Positions 28,831-38,245 of a stretch of 64,000 nt of DNA are shown one piece after another; positions within the stretch are counted from its first letter, which is position 1, and the number at the start of each line of letters is the position of its first letter. The stretch covers positions 5,440,001 through 5,504,000 of the forward strand of contig OZ241917.1 in NCBI GenBank assembly GCA_965203805.1, written 5' to 3'. A program made the translations under genes and the position numbers. The DNA comes from Candidatus Latescibacterota bacterium. GTDB taxonomy: Bacteria > Latescibacterota > UBA2968 > GCA-2709665. The notes under the pieces were generated by a model. The model was given only the letters and a program-made list of their open reading frames with translations, had not been told where the DNA came from and ran no database searches.

Positions 28831-30252
28831 TCAGGGCGTATCGGCATTGGCGTCGGCGCTGCGCCACGTCAGCAAGAGATTGCAGGCCAGCACTGCCGCC
28901 GCCAGCCACCCGAACAGGCCGGAAAGGCCGAATGCGGTCATCGAGACCGGCAACCCGTATGGAACGCGATCCAGAATCTCCGCCAGGAGCAGAGGCGCAA
29001 TGCGGCAGACCGCGGCCGCGGTCGCGAGATAGAATGTGACGGCCACCAGGCCCGGAACGGCCACGCCGCGTTTGTGGAGGAAGCCGGGTACCATTCGAGG
29101 CGCCATCCCAAGGAGAAGGAGGGTGATGAACCCCGCGAGATGGGTGTGGCGCAATGCATCGGGGTCGAAGGGAGAGGGGAGTCGAAACAGAGCCAGCGCG
29201 CCATCCAGCAGTTCGGCCGCAGCGGCGAGGGACAGGAAGACGAACGCGGCGTAGAGAAGGCGCTCGAACCGGCCGAACTCCCCGTAGTCCGGCAGGCCCG
29301 GACGCGTGGGACGCCTGTCGGGACCGGGTTCGCCGATACGATTTACGGTCCAGGGAGGATACCACCGAAGCAGAACGTCCAGTTTCCAGATGAAGAGAAT
29401 CAGGATGCCGCCTCTCAGGACTTTTCCGATGGGCGAGAGATGTGCCAGCGTGGACGCGAAGGACGTCCCGGCAAGTTGCGCCAGAACGGGCGCGTGGATC
29501 AGAATGAGCGCGACCAGATAGACCTGACCGTACCGGGCGACGGGCCAGCGGACGGCCGGCAGGCGCAGGTAGAGCGGAAACGTACGGACGGAAAACGCCA
29601 TCGCCGTCGGAAGGATGACGAATCCGATGAACAACTCAATGCCGAATCTGTTCCACGCGATGTGCAGAAGCGGGTTGTCGCCAACGCTCGCGTGAACCGC
29701 GAGGGCGCCGGCGAGCAGCGAATACAGTCCCCAACCTGCAATCGCGATCACCAGGAAGATGCGCACTGTGTGGAGGGCGGGGCGATTCGGCGCGGCGCCG
29801 CGTAACGTAACCACCAGCAGCGCGATATAGCAAAAAACGCCCGTGGATTCCAGGAGCGCGCCAACACCGAGCGCCCATCGCAGGCAGTCGTGGATCGGTC
29901 CTTCGGCGCCCGCGGCAAGCAGCGGCTGCGAAACGGCGCGGAGCAGGATGCCGGTTACGAGGAAACGCAGAATCCACGCCGGAAGCCGGGGATAGCGGAG
30001 CGGGGTACCGGCCAGACGGGGCAGGAAGTAGAGGCTGACGCCGATGATGAACAGGCCGATCCAGCCCAGAAGCTGCGCGTGTCCATGCGCCTGGAGCATG
30101 GCGACCCACCAGGCGCCCATGGAGAACTGGAACCCGATCAATACGGCGAGGACAGCCGCATACCCGAACCCGACCGTCAGCGCAATGAAAAGCGAGGCCA
30201 GCACAAAGCCGAAATGGAAATGGGAATGATTGCGATTCGGGGTATCGGACAT
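28831..30252 (-). CDS. NnrS-like integral membrane protein
   Basis: QAHGHAQLLGW, DALRHTHLAGF, GMAPRMVPGF; about 12 TM helices. Confidence 0.7.
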   Translation of the reverse strand: MSDTPNRNHSHFHFGFVLASLFIALTVGFGYAAVLAVLIGFQFSMGAWWVAMLQAHGHAQLLGWIGLFIIGVSLYFLPRLAGTPLRYPRLPAWILRFLVTGILLRAVSQPLLAAGAEGPIHDCLRWALGVGALLESTGVFCYIALLVVTLRGAAPNRPALHTVRIFLVIAIAGWGLYSLLAGALAVHASVGDNPLLHIAWNRFGIELFIGFVILPTAMAFSVRTFPLYLRLPAVRWPVARYGQVYLVALILIHAPVLAQLAGTSFASTLAHLSPIGKVLRGGILILFIWKLDVLLRWYPPWTVNRIGEPGPDRRPTRPGLPDYGEFGRFERLLYAAFVFLSLAAAAELLDGALALFRLPSPFDPDALRHTHLAGFITLLLLGMAPRMVPGFLHKRGVAVPGLVAVTFYLATAAAVCRIAPLLLAEILDRVPYGLPVSMTAFGLSGLFGWLAAAVLACNLLLTWRSADANADTP

Positions 30253-30374
30253 GGTCAATGGAATGGCTTGAGCGTCGCTTGTGCATTTTTCGTAGGGCAA
30301 TGGACCGGTTGCCTGTACTGGTATTTATGCCCGATTTCGAGATTCCGCAACCCTTTTTCCGGGATGAGACAAGA

Positions 30375-30565
30375 GCGGGTAGACGTGAGACGGTAGACGG
30401 TAGATGACACCCTTGCCCGAATGGTTCGTCCGTTATGCCTGCGGCAAGAAATGAATTCGCACCGGGCAATCACATCATCTCACGTCTCATCTCTCCCGTC
30501 TCACCGCCTTTAGGGAATTTGGGGAGATGTGGAAGTTGAAGTTGACCCTTGGCTTTGCTTAAAGC
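30375..30565. repeat. Cassette locus 3: H>, B, <H, C(-)
   Basis: agacgtg-agacggt-agacggt-agatg; B 30407-30474; reverse array 30475-30508. Confidence 0.85.
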
Positions 30566-30786
30566 GGATCGTTGAAAGTGGAGTCTCGGTGTAATATCGT
30601 CTGGTCAAGTTAGTTTGAACCCAGGTCGGCGGAACCGTGTCTTTATTTAATGGCCGTCGCGGCGGACGAGCAGTGGCGTCAATTCGGTGGGTCATAGTGT
30701 TGCGTTACTTCGAGGGTGATTGCGAAACCCACATCCATAGGGGCGCTTGGACAATGCAGGCTTGCACGGGCATCATGGATGCAGTC

Positions 30787-33123
30787 ATGAAACATATCGC
30801 GCTGGGAGTGATACCCGCCCTGCTCCTGCTGAGCCTTGCAGGATGTTCGCCCAATGAAACGGTCACCGTGTCCGGCGCGGTGAGCCGCCCTGGAGACGTG
30901 ACGCATCGCCCGGATTGGGGCGTGCAGGACTACGTGACGGCCGCGGGGGGATTCCTGCCCGAGGCGGATACCGGGCGGGTCGCTCTGGTCCGGCATACGC
31001 GGGACAGCGTGTCCGTCGGGAGGCTTCGGAACGCGGGCACGTGGGCGGTAGAAGACGCGCCGCCCGTCGTATCCGGTGACCTGATCAACGTCCCGTTGAA
31101 GGCATATCGCGTCCGGTTCGATTCCGTGCTCTCGGTAAGGAATCTGCGATTGAAATGGAAGGACCGCGTCTACGTCCTGGATCGCGGCAGAGTAGCGCTC
31201 GGGTCGACCGTGCGCGGGCCCGTGGCGGCGGTGTTCTTCGGAAAGGGCGAAGTGAGGGCGAACGCTCCGGAGGAAACCGCAGGTCCGTTTCAATATCTGT
31301 ACGTGACGATGCATCCGGACGGGCACGGCCTGCTGCGCCATGGGTTTGAAGGGATGGTCCACGATAGAGAAGCGGCGGAGGACGCCGTGGCGCTGCATCG
31401 ATTCATGTCCAGGGCGTCCACGTTCAGGGCCGGCGAGCGGATGCATCTTCCACCCGAAGGCTATCTGCGGGTACAGGCCGGCCTCTGGCTCAGGCCGAAA
31501 AACGCGTCGTACCCCGGCAGAGGGGTACGGAAACGCCATTATAAGGATGGCAGGGTGTGGACGACGTTTCCGGACAGACGGCAGCGTTGGCGGTATCCGG
31601 GCGGCCGGGTGGTGATGCAGTTTCCCGACCGTACCCGGGAAGTGCGCTCTCCGGACGGTTCGGTTCGATTCGAAGATGCGCTGGGAGGCGTACGTACATC
31701 GTATCCGGATGGCAGGGTGGTATTAGAAGACGCCGACGGGAATCGGCACCGGGTGTACAGGGACGGGCGTCAGGAATGGCTGCGCACTTCCGGGAACCGG
31801 ATGACGATATATCCCGATGGACGGCGGGTGCATCGGTTTGCCAGCGGTACGGTGCGCACGGTACATCCCGACGGCATCGAACGGACGGTATTCGCCGACG
31901 GGACCCGGCATGTTCGGTTTCCGGACGGAAAGGTGGAAGTCGCGACGCCCGGCGGGGCGAGAGAGACGCGGTATCCGGATGGAAGCGTTTCTGCAATCAC
32001 GCCCGAAGGGCATCGGGTAAGGGTCTTCAAGGACGGCCGGCAGTTCACGCGGATGAATGACGGCACGACGATCGAGCAGTTTCCTGATGGACACAAGATA
32101 CAGAAACATCCATCGGGCGTGACGCTGAAGGTTTTCGCGGACCGGTCCAGGCGCACCGTGTATTCGGACGGCTCGGAAACGGTACGCCGTCCCGATGGCG
32201 TGAGGGTCGCTACACTCGCCGACGGGACGGTGATCGAGGAGTTCCCGGACGGCCGGATCGTACAGACCGATACGTCGGGCGCGCGGCTGGAGTTTCTCTC
32301 GCCCGGTCGATACGTGGTGACGGACCGGGAGGGCAACCGCGTTGAGGCGCGACCTGACAGTACAGCCTCAAAACAGTTCGTGGAACCCTTTCGATACCGC
32401 GGTTCGATCCGGCGTGACCTGATCCGGCTTGAACGCGCGCCGGAGCGCATCTCTCCCGGCATGGAGGCGTCCGTCCAGGGAACTGTGGCCGATGCGGTCA
32501 AGGAGTTGTCAATGGCCGCGTTCGCGCTCCCGGACGGAGACGTCCTGGATATGTCCGTAGCGTTCGAGAACGAACGGTTTTCCGGGGCGCTGCTGATTCC
32601 CGAGCCGGGATACTATCGGTTACAGGTTCAGGGGAGACTGGAAAACGGCGATGCGGTAATGCTGGAAGACCGCATGATGCGGGTCGGTAATCCGGAACCC
32701 CTCGTGAAGCCCGTGATCGAGATCGCGCTGTATCCGGGCGACGCGGCTGCAGGCCGCCGGCTGACGGAGATGGTGAACGCCGTGCGCGGGAGCAGGGGCC
32801 GCATGAGGCTGGACTGGGACGACGACCTGGCCTACGCGGCGGCGTCACACCTTAATGACATGCTGGCGTACGACTCGATTTCGCACTGGTCCCCGATGTA
32901 CGGGGAACTGGAGAACCGCCTGAAGCGTCTGGACATTTCGTTTGAGGTCGCGCTGGAGAACCTGGCAGCCGCGCCTTCGCTGGAAGAGGCGCACTGGCAC
33001 CTGATGTTGAGCGCGGAACACAGGCGCAATATCCTCGATCCGAGATTGACGCATATCGGAATCGCCGTGGCGCGCGAGCGGGGCCAGGTGTGGGTAGCCG
33101 AGATCTTCAAGCGGAGAGAATAG
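30787..33123 (+). CDS. Lipoprotein: SLBB + Tcp10/CPAP-like 9-aa repeats + CAP (SCP) domain
   Basis: Lipobox SLAGC; VTVSGAVSRPG..DYVTAAGG (SLBB); about 30 x(5)[YF]PDG repeats; ENLA..SAEHRRNILDP..IGIA (CAP). Confidence 0.8.
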   Translation: MKHIALGVIPALLLLSLAGCSPNETVTVSGAVSRPGDVTHRPDWGVQDYVTAAGGFLPEADTGRVALVRHTRDSVSVGRLRNAGTWAVEDAPPVVSGDLINVPLKAYRVRFDSVLSVRNLRLKWKDRVYVLDRGRVALGSTVRGPVAAVFFGKGEVRANAPEETAGPFQYLYVTMHPDGHGLLRHGFEGMVHDREAAEDAVALHRFMSRASTFRAGERMHLPPEGYLRVQAGLWLRPKNASYPGRGVRKRHYKDGRVWTTFPDRRQRWRYPGGRVVMQFPDRTREVRSPDGSVRFEDALGGVRTSYPDGRVVLEDADGNRHRVYRDGRQEWLRTSGNRMTIYPDGRRVHRFASGTVRTVHPDGIERTVFADGTRHVRFPDGKVEVATPGGARETRYPDGSVSAITPEGHRVRVFKDGRQFTRMNDGTTIEQFPDGHKIQKHPSGVTLKVFADRSRRTVYSDGSETVRRPDGVRVATLADGTVIEEFPDGRIVQTDTSGARLEFLSPGRYVVTDREGNRVEARPDSTASKQFVEPFRYRGSIRRDLIRLERAPERISPGMEASVQGTVADAVKELSMAAFALPDGDVLDMSVAFENERFSGALLIPEPGYYRLQVQGRLENGDAVMLEDRMMRVGNPEPLVKPVIEIALYPGDAAAGRRLTEMVNAVRGSRGRMRLDWDDDLAYAAASHLNDMLAYDSISHWSPMYGELENRLKRLDISFEVALENLAAAPSLEEAHWHLMLSAEHRRNILDPRLTHIGIAVARERGQVWVAEIFKRRE

Positions 33124-33230
33124 GCGAAAGAAGCGGGCACAGTTGTCAGGCAGCGTGCCCATGCGCGAAGCGACGAAGCAGATGGCCTCGCGCTTGCAGT
33201 TCCCGTTTTGTCCGTCTTTGAGGGATAACC

Positions 33231-35471
33231 GTGGGTATCGGACGTCGAACAATCTGCATCGCAATCGTCGTTTCTCAATGGTGCGGCGGCGGATTCGCGT
33301 TTCCGGCCGAGCTGAAAACGGTCGATGACCGGTTCCGGGTTGCGGTGGAACGGCTGGGAAAAGTAACCGTCGAGGAGAGCGTCCGTGAATTCAGGGACGT
33401 GCTGGCGGCGGACGAAAATTACGCGCCGGCGTACGCGGAAATTGCGAAGTTGTATATGTCTTTGAGGACACCCCTGGACCGCAGGAAGGCCGAGACGATG
33501 GTGCGCCGGGCGATTCGCCTGGACCGGGACAATCTGACGTATCAGGTTTTCCTGGGGGACCTTATGTGGCAGCAGGGGTTCTTGTCGAACGCAAAGCGTC
33601 AATATGAAGCGGTATTGGCCCGGAATCCTCAGGACGCCCGTGCCGCGTTCGGGATCGGACTGTACTATACGAAGGATTATATGAAGTATCGAAACATGAT
33701 CGACATGGAGGGCAGCAGTCATTCTGTGATGCTGGAGTGGGGCCATTTCGCCAGGGAATATCGCGAACGCGCAATAGGCAATCTCGAGCGGAGCATCCGG
33801 TACGATCCCGGATTCAAAGATGCCTACTACCAGCTGGGTCTGGTCTATATGGAGGATTTGAAATCCGCTCCCGCGGCCGCGGGCAGAGCGCTGGTCAACG
33901 TCTCCAACTCACTGTTAAAGGAGTACCCCCGACACAAGGACGCACTGCTGTTTGTCGGTCTGGGCTATCACACCGGCGGATATCCGGATTTTGCATGGGA
34001 TTATTACGTACGGGCGATTGGGAGAATGGGCGCGGAGGAACGTTCGATCATCGAATCGGTGGCGGCCGTCGCCTCGGATGAAGATCGGGTGCGTATCGCC
34101 AGAGCGGACTCGCTGCTGAATGAGGAGGGTGGACAATGGGTGGAAAGCGCAGAGCGGGAACGGTTCTGGCTGAAGCAGGATCCGCTGCTGCTGACGGAAC
34201 GGAACGAACGGCGAATGGAGCATTACCGGCGCGTGGCATACGCCAATTTGCGGTTCAGCAAGCCAAGGAGAGGAATCGATGGCTGGCGGACCCCAATGGG
34301 CAGGGTCTACATTAAGTACGGAGATCCGATCAGCCGGACGGTGACGCGTCCCGAGGTGGACCCGCGCGGTCGCCTGGTTCAGGCGCACGAGGAACTCTGG
34401 GCATACGAAGGTTTTTCCCTTCGATTCAGAAACTGGAACGGGCTGGACGGATGGCGTTTTGCCGAAGGCACTCGCTTCATTCCTTACGGCGAATGGGTGC
34501 TGAAACGAACGCCGCAACGCTACGAAGATCCCTTTCGCGGCTTGAAATACAGCCTGCCGTACCAGGTGGCCGCGTTCCGTGATGCCGGGAAGATACGGCT
34601 CGAGGTGGCCTACGCGATCGCAAAAGAGCGATTGAAGACGTCCGGCGCGGGTGCCCTCGACCTGCAGGACGGGCTCTTCCTGTTCGACGGCGACTGGAAA
34701 GAGGTTTCGCGGGCGGTGTATGCGACCCGGCGGCTCGAGGACGCGGGAACGGACAGTGTGAGGGGCCGGTACCTGTTGTCAAAATCGACGCTGATCATCG
34801 GACCGGGGGACTACAATCTCATCGCCGAGGTCCAGGACCGAAAGACACGTTCCATCGGGACGTTCAGGAACACGTTTGCATTGGCAGCAGAAGATTCATC
34901 GCCCGCGATGAGCGACCTGCTGGTGGCAACCGACATCCGGATGGACGATCCGTTTCCAGAGCGGCGGACAGACTTGAAAGTGGCGTTGAATCCGCTGCAC
35001 ACGATCTTTCGGTCGGAGTCGATGTACATCTATTTCGAGGTCTATAACCTGGTAAAGGATGATTTCGGACGGACGAACTTCGAAATTACGTATCGGATCG
35101 GACAGCCGGACGAAACCGAGGTGATTCCCGCGCGATTCGAGGCAGTCTCAATGGCGGAGCCCCCGGGAAAGGTGCGCATTACTCTCGGAAGAAGCCTGGA
35201 AGGCGGCCGGGTTGAGATGCGGGCGAATTATCACCCTGCCGAACGGAATATGGTCTCCAGGACGCTTCGCAGATTTGACGGGGATACCGGTGAAACCGCG
35301 GTCACCGTCCGGTACGAAGGAGACCGGACGGATGATTTCACCTGGCTTCAAATCGATCTGGACAGGGTGCCCGAGGGCGTACACAGGCTGTCGGTTGAAC
35401 TGAAGGACCTGAACAGGGAGAGTCAGGGAGACGAAAGACGCGTGTTGTTCCGCGTCATTGGAGACGAGTGA
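33231..35471 (+). CDS. TPR + GWxTD-domain protein
   Basis: Signal peptide, TPR helices, EHYRRVAYANLRF...DGWRTPMGRVYIKYGDP. Confidence 0.8.
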   Translation: MGIGRRTICIAIVVSQWCGGGFAFPAELKTVDDRFRVAVERLGKVTVEESVREFRDVLAADENYAPAYAEIAKLYMSLRTPLDRRKAETMVRRAIRLDRDNLTYQVFLGDLMWQQGFLSNAKRQYEAVLARNPQDARAAFGIGLYYTKDYMKYRNMIDMEGSSHSVMLEWGHFAREYRERAIGNLERSIRYDPGFKDAYYQLGLVYMEDLKSAPAAAGRALVNVSNSLLKEYPRHKDALLFVGLGYHTGGYPDFAWDYYVRAIGRMGAEERSIIESVAAVASDEDRVRIARADSLLNEEGGQWVESAERERFWLKQDPLLLTERNERRMEHYRRVAYANLRFSKPRRGIDGWRTPMGRVYIKYGDPISRTVTRPEVDPRGRLVQAHEELWAYEGFSLRFRNWNGLDGWRFAEGTRFIPYGEWVLKRTPQRYEDPFRGLKYSLPYQVAAFRDAGKIRLEVAYAIAKERLKTSGAGALDLQDGLFLFDGDWKEVSRAVYATRRLEDAGTDSVRGRYLLSKSTLIIGPGDYNLIAEVQDRKTRSIGTFRNTFALAAEDSSPAMSDLLVATDIRMDDPFPERRTDLKVALNPLHTIFRSESMYIYFEVYNLVKDDFGRTNFEITYRIGQPDETEVIPARFEAVSMAEPPGKVRITLGRSLEGGRVEMRANYHPAERNMVSRTLRRFDGDTGETAVTVRYEGDRTDDFTWLQIDLDRVPEGVHRLSVELKDLNRESQGDERRVLFRVIGDE

Positions 35472-36258
35472 CGTCGCGGGGCACTTTCAGCCGAAACCGG
35501 TCTTCCGGCACGCCGGAATTGACCTTCCGGCGGATGACCTGAATCCGGATCCGGTCGCCGCCGTGGACGATCTCCATCCGGCGGGGAAGCGGGATGCCAC
35601 TCTGCAGCTGGTAATCGGAGAGGTTGCGGCGGGATATCAACAACCCGCCGGGTGAGTAGACCCGCTCTTCGAGCAGGACGGCGGTGCTGGGGTCAAACCG
35701 AAGGCGGCGCGTCCACAGCGGTTCGATGATTTCCAGGTTGAGACTGTCGGGGCCGGCCTGGAATTCGCCGATACGCGGCAGACTCAGCGGAGACATGTTG
35801 ACGAGACCCAGCATGGCGTGCGTGGCCCCGTAGGGCGTGAGATCCACGCCCGTGACGGTTCGGAGCACGTCCTCTGAAGGCCCCTCCAGATAGTGGTTGG
35901 TTCTTGGCAGGTATATGGAGAGAGAGTCGCCGCGAGCCAGGGCCGAGAGGACGCCAAGGCCGAGCAGGGCATCCGTCATCTCGATTTTCAGAACGCCCGG
36001 CGCCCGGTAGAAAAGCACGACGCCCCCCTTTTGTTTGACGCCGTCGATGCGCATGTCCATTCCTGCGCGGACGTTAAGATCCTTGAGGCTGTCGGCCCGC
36101 GCGGTGACAATGCGCAGCAGGTCGTCGGGGGTTGAAACCGGTGCGACTTCAGGGAGGCGGGAAAGAGACGCGGCGCAGCCGGGAAGCGCCAGGAGAAGTA
36201 GATATAGGAGCGGCGTTGACGCGAGGGATCGCGTTCCGGACCGCTGACGGGTTGCCAT
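35455..36258 (-). CDS. DUF4292/LolA-LolB-like lipoprotein
   Basis: Lipobox LPGC; beta-rich; ends NSGVPEDRFRLKVP. Confidence 0.65.
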   Translation of the reverse strand: MATRQRSGTRSLASTPLLYLLLLALPGCAASLSRLPEVAPVSTPDDLLRIVTARADSLKDLNVRAGMDMRIDGVKQKGGVVLFYRAPGVLKIEMTDALLGLGVLSALARGDSLSIYLPRTNHYLEGPSEDVLRTVTGVDLTPYGATHAMLGLVNMSPLSLPRIGEFQAGPDSLNLEIIEPLWTRRLRFDPSTAVLLEERVYSPGGLLISRRNLSDYQLQSGIPLPRRMEIVHGGDRIRIQVIRRKVNSGVPEDRFRLKVPRDVTRLQ

Positions 36259-36259
36259 G

Positions 36260-38170
36260 TCAGGGTCCGCTTGCGCTATTGGGGCCGAATGATTGCAGTT
36301 TGCGTTGTATGGACTCGTTCCCGGGATTCAGGTCTGCCGCGCGTTGCCAGTGTTCGACGGCTTCCTCGATACTGCCCAGGGCCCGGGCGGCATCGCCCAC
36401 GTGATCCAGGATGATCGACAGATTCTCGCGCTGACCGGCTGTGCGTAACGCCGCCTCGATTTCGTTGAACCTGCTTTCTTCGACCTTGAGCGCGTGCTTG
36501 AGGTATTTCATCGCTTCGTCGTAACGCCGTTGCTGGAAGTAGACCCATCCCATGCTGTCCAGGTACGCGCCGTTATTCGGGTCGCCCTTCAACGCGCGTA
36601 TGATATAGTCTTCCGCTTCACCCAGGCGAATGCCTTTTTCCGCGAACATGTACCCCAGATAGTTCAACGCCTTGTGGTTGTCCGGCGCCCGGGCGAGAAG
36701 GCGCTGAAATACGGCCACCGCGCTGTCGAAGCGACCCGCGCGCTCGTAACTGTGGCCCAGGTCGAAAAGCACATCCTCCAGGAGTTCCCTGTCGTCTTGA
36801 AGGCGATTTTTCAGGCTCTCCAGGGCGGGAATCGCCGCCTCCCAGTTCTTCTCGGCCAGGTAGGTGCGGCCAACCGCCAGTTGATAGCGAAACTCATCCG
36901 GCCGGGCGTCGACGGCCCGGCTGTAGACCTGCCTCGCCTGCGCGGTACGATCGCTCAAGGCGTATGCCCCCCCAAGCGTGAACACGATCCGGGAATAGAT
37001 TTCGGAATCCGCGGGTGTCTCGCCGAAAAGTCCATCGAGAATCTCGATCGCGGGGTCCAGGTCGCGTTCGCTCAGATAGGTGCGCGCAACGCCCAGGCGG
37101 TACCAGGGGTCCGGGTCAAGCGAAATCGCCTTGCGGAAGGCGCGTCTGGCTTCTTCCGGCCGGCCGCTCGCACGGAGCAGCGATGCCTTCCGGCCAAGCA
37201 GATCGTGTCGTTCGGGCAGTTCGCCGATGAGGCGGTCCAGAAGGGCTTCCGTATGTCGATAACGACGCTTCACCAGGACGCTATCGGCGCCCGATGACGG
37301 AATGCTTTGCGGAAGGTATGCGGACAGGCGGTCCAGGAAAAGCGTGTCCGGCGGGGTTTCCGAGACAAGCGCCTCCAGATGGTCTTCGCGGTCGTAGATG
37401 GCGATGAGCTTCTGCCAGAACGCCTGGGTGGTCTGGTTGAGGCGGTGTCGGAAATGTGCGAGCCCCGTTCGATAGATGGCCGCGGCGCCCAGGGTGTCGC
37501 CCCCGGCGATTGTCAGGTCGCCAAGGCGATTCCAGATCTGCGCCTGCTCGGGATCGCGATGGAGGATGCGGCGGTAGATCCCGGCCGCCTTACGAGGCAG
37601 ATTCAGGCGCTGATATCCGTCGGCGATCAACAGATCGTACCGGATGTTCGGCGCCGGCACAGACGCGGCCCGATCCAGTACACGGAGGACTTCCTGGCGT
37701 TGCCGTCGGGCGGTGTAAATCTGGAGCAGCTGGGCATAGGCCCGGAAATCGGCGGGATTCAGGCGGGTGACCGCCTCGAGCTGGGCCGCGGCCAGCAGTG
37801 TGTCCCGCTGCCCCTTGACAAGGGTGTCATAGAGCAGCCAGCGATGGGCCGGCGCCCGCGGTTCCAGTCGCACGGCCTTGCGCGCGACGTCACCGGCTTC
37901 GGCGATCCGGTTCAACGAAATCAGATTGCGGGCCAGCGAAGTGTACAGCGTGGCCGCGGTGGAGTCGATGGCAATGGCCGCCCTCAGCGCCGCCACGGCG
38001 TCTTCGAGCTGCCCCGCAAGTTCGAACCGTTTGGCGTCTATGAAGTGTCCCATCGCCCGCGGGTCGGCGCCGCGGGGTTTCGGCTGCGGCGGGACGACAG
38101 CCTGCCGGGGCGCGGCGCAGCCCGCGATGGCTGTCAGAAGGACGAGCGGGATGATTTTACGTAAATCCAT
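36260..38170 (-). CDS. TPR lipoprotein
   Basis: Lipobox IAGC; ALNYLGYMFAE, PNNGAYLDSMGWVYF. Confidence 0.88.
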   Translation of the reverse strand: MDLRKIIPLVLLTAIAGCAAPRQAVVPPQPKPRGADPRAMGHFIDAKRFELAGQLEDAVAALRAAIAIDSTAATLYTSLARNLISLNRIAEAGDVARKAVRLEPRAPAHRWLLYDTLVKGQRDTLLAAAQLEAVTRLNPADFRAYAQLLQIYTARRQRQEVLRVLDRAASVPAPNIRYDLLIADGYQRLNLPRKAAGIYRRILHRDPEQAQIWNRLGDLTIAGGDTLGAAAIYRTGLAHFRHRLNQTTQAFWQKLIAIYDREDHLEALVSETPPDTLFLDRLSAYLPQSIPSSGADSVLVKRRYRHTEALLDRLIGELPERHDLLGRKASLLRASGRPEEARRAFRKAISLDPDPWYRLGVARTYLSERDLDPAIEILDGLFGETPADSEIYSRIVFTLGGAYALSDRTAQARQVYSRAVDARPDEFRYQLAVGRTYLAEKNWEAAIPALESLKNRLQDDRELLEDVLFDLGHSYERAGRFDSAVAVFQRLLARAPDNHKALNYLGYMFAEKGIRLGEAEDYIIRALKGDPNNGAYLDSMGWVYFQQRRYDEAMKYLKHALKVEESRFNEIEAALRTAGQRENLSIILDHVGDAARALGSIEEAVEHWQRAADLNPGNESIQRKLQSFGPNSASGP

Positions 38171-38245
38171 AGAATATGCGCTGAAAAATCCGGAAGAACG
38201 GGTGACGGACCAGGCGGTGAAAATCCGTTTTTTCGACGTTCCGGA

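Noticed and set aside
31510-32370. DNA tandem repeat or RHS/YD toxin
   Set aside because: The repeat is at protein level with a 9-aa period; no YD dipeptide pattern or RHS core motif
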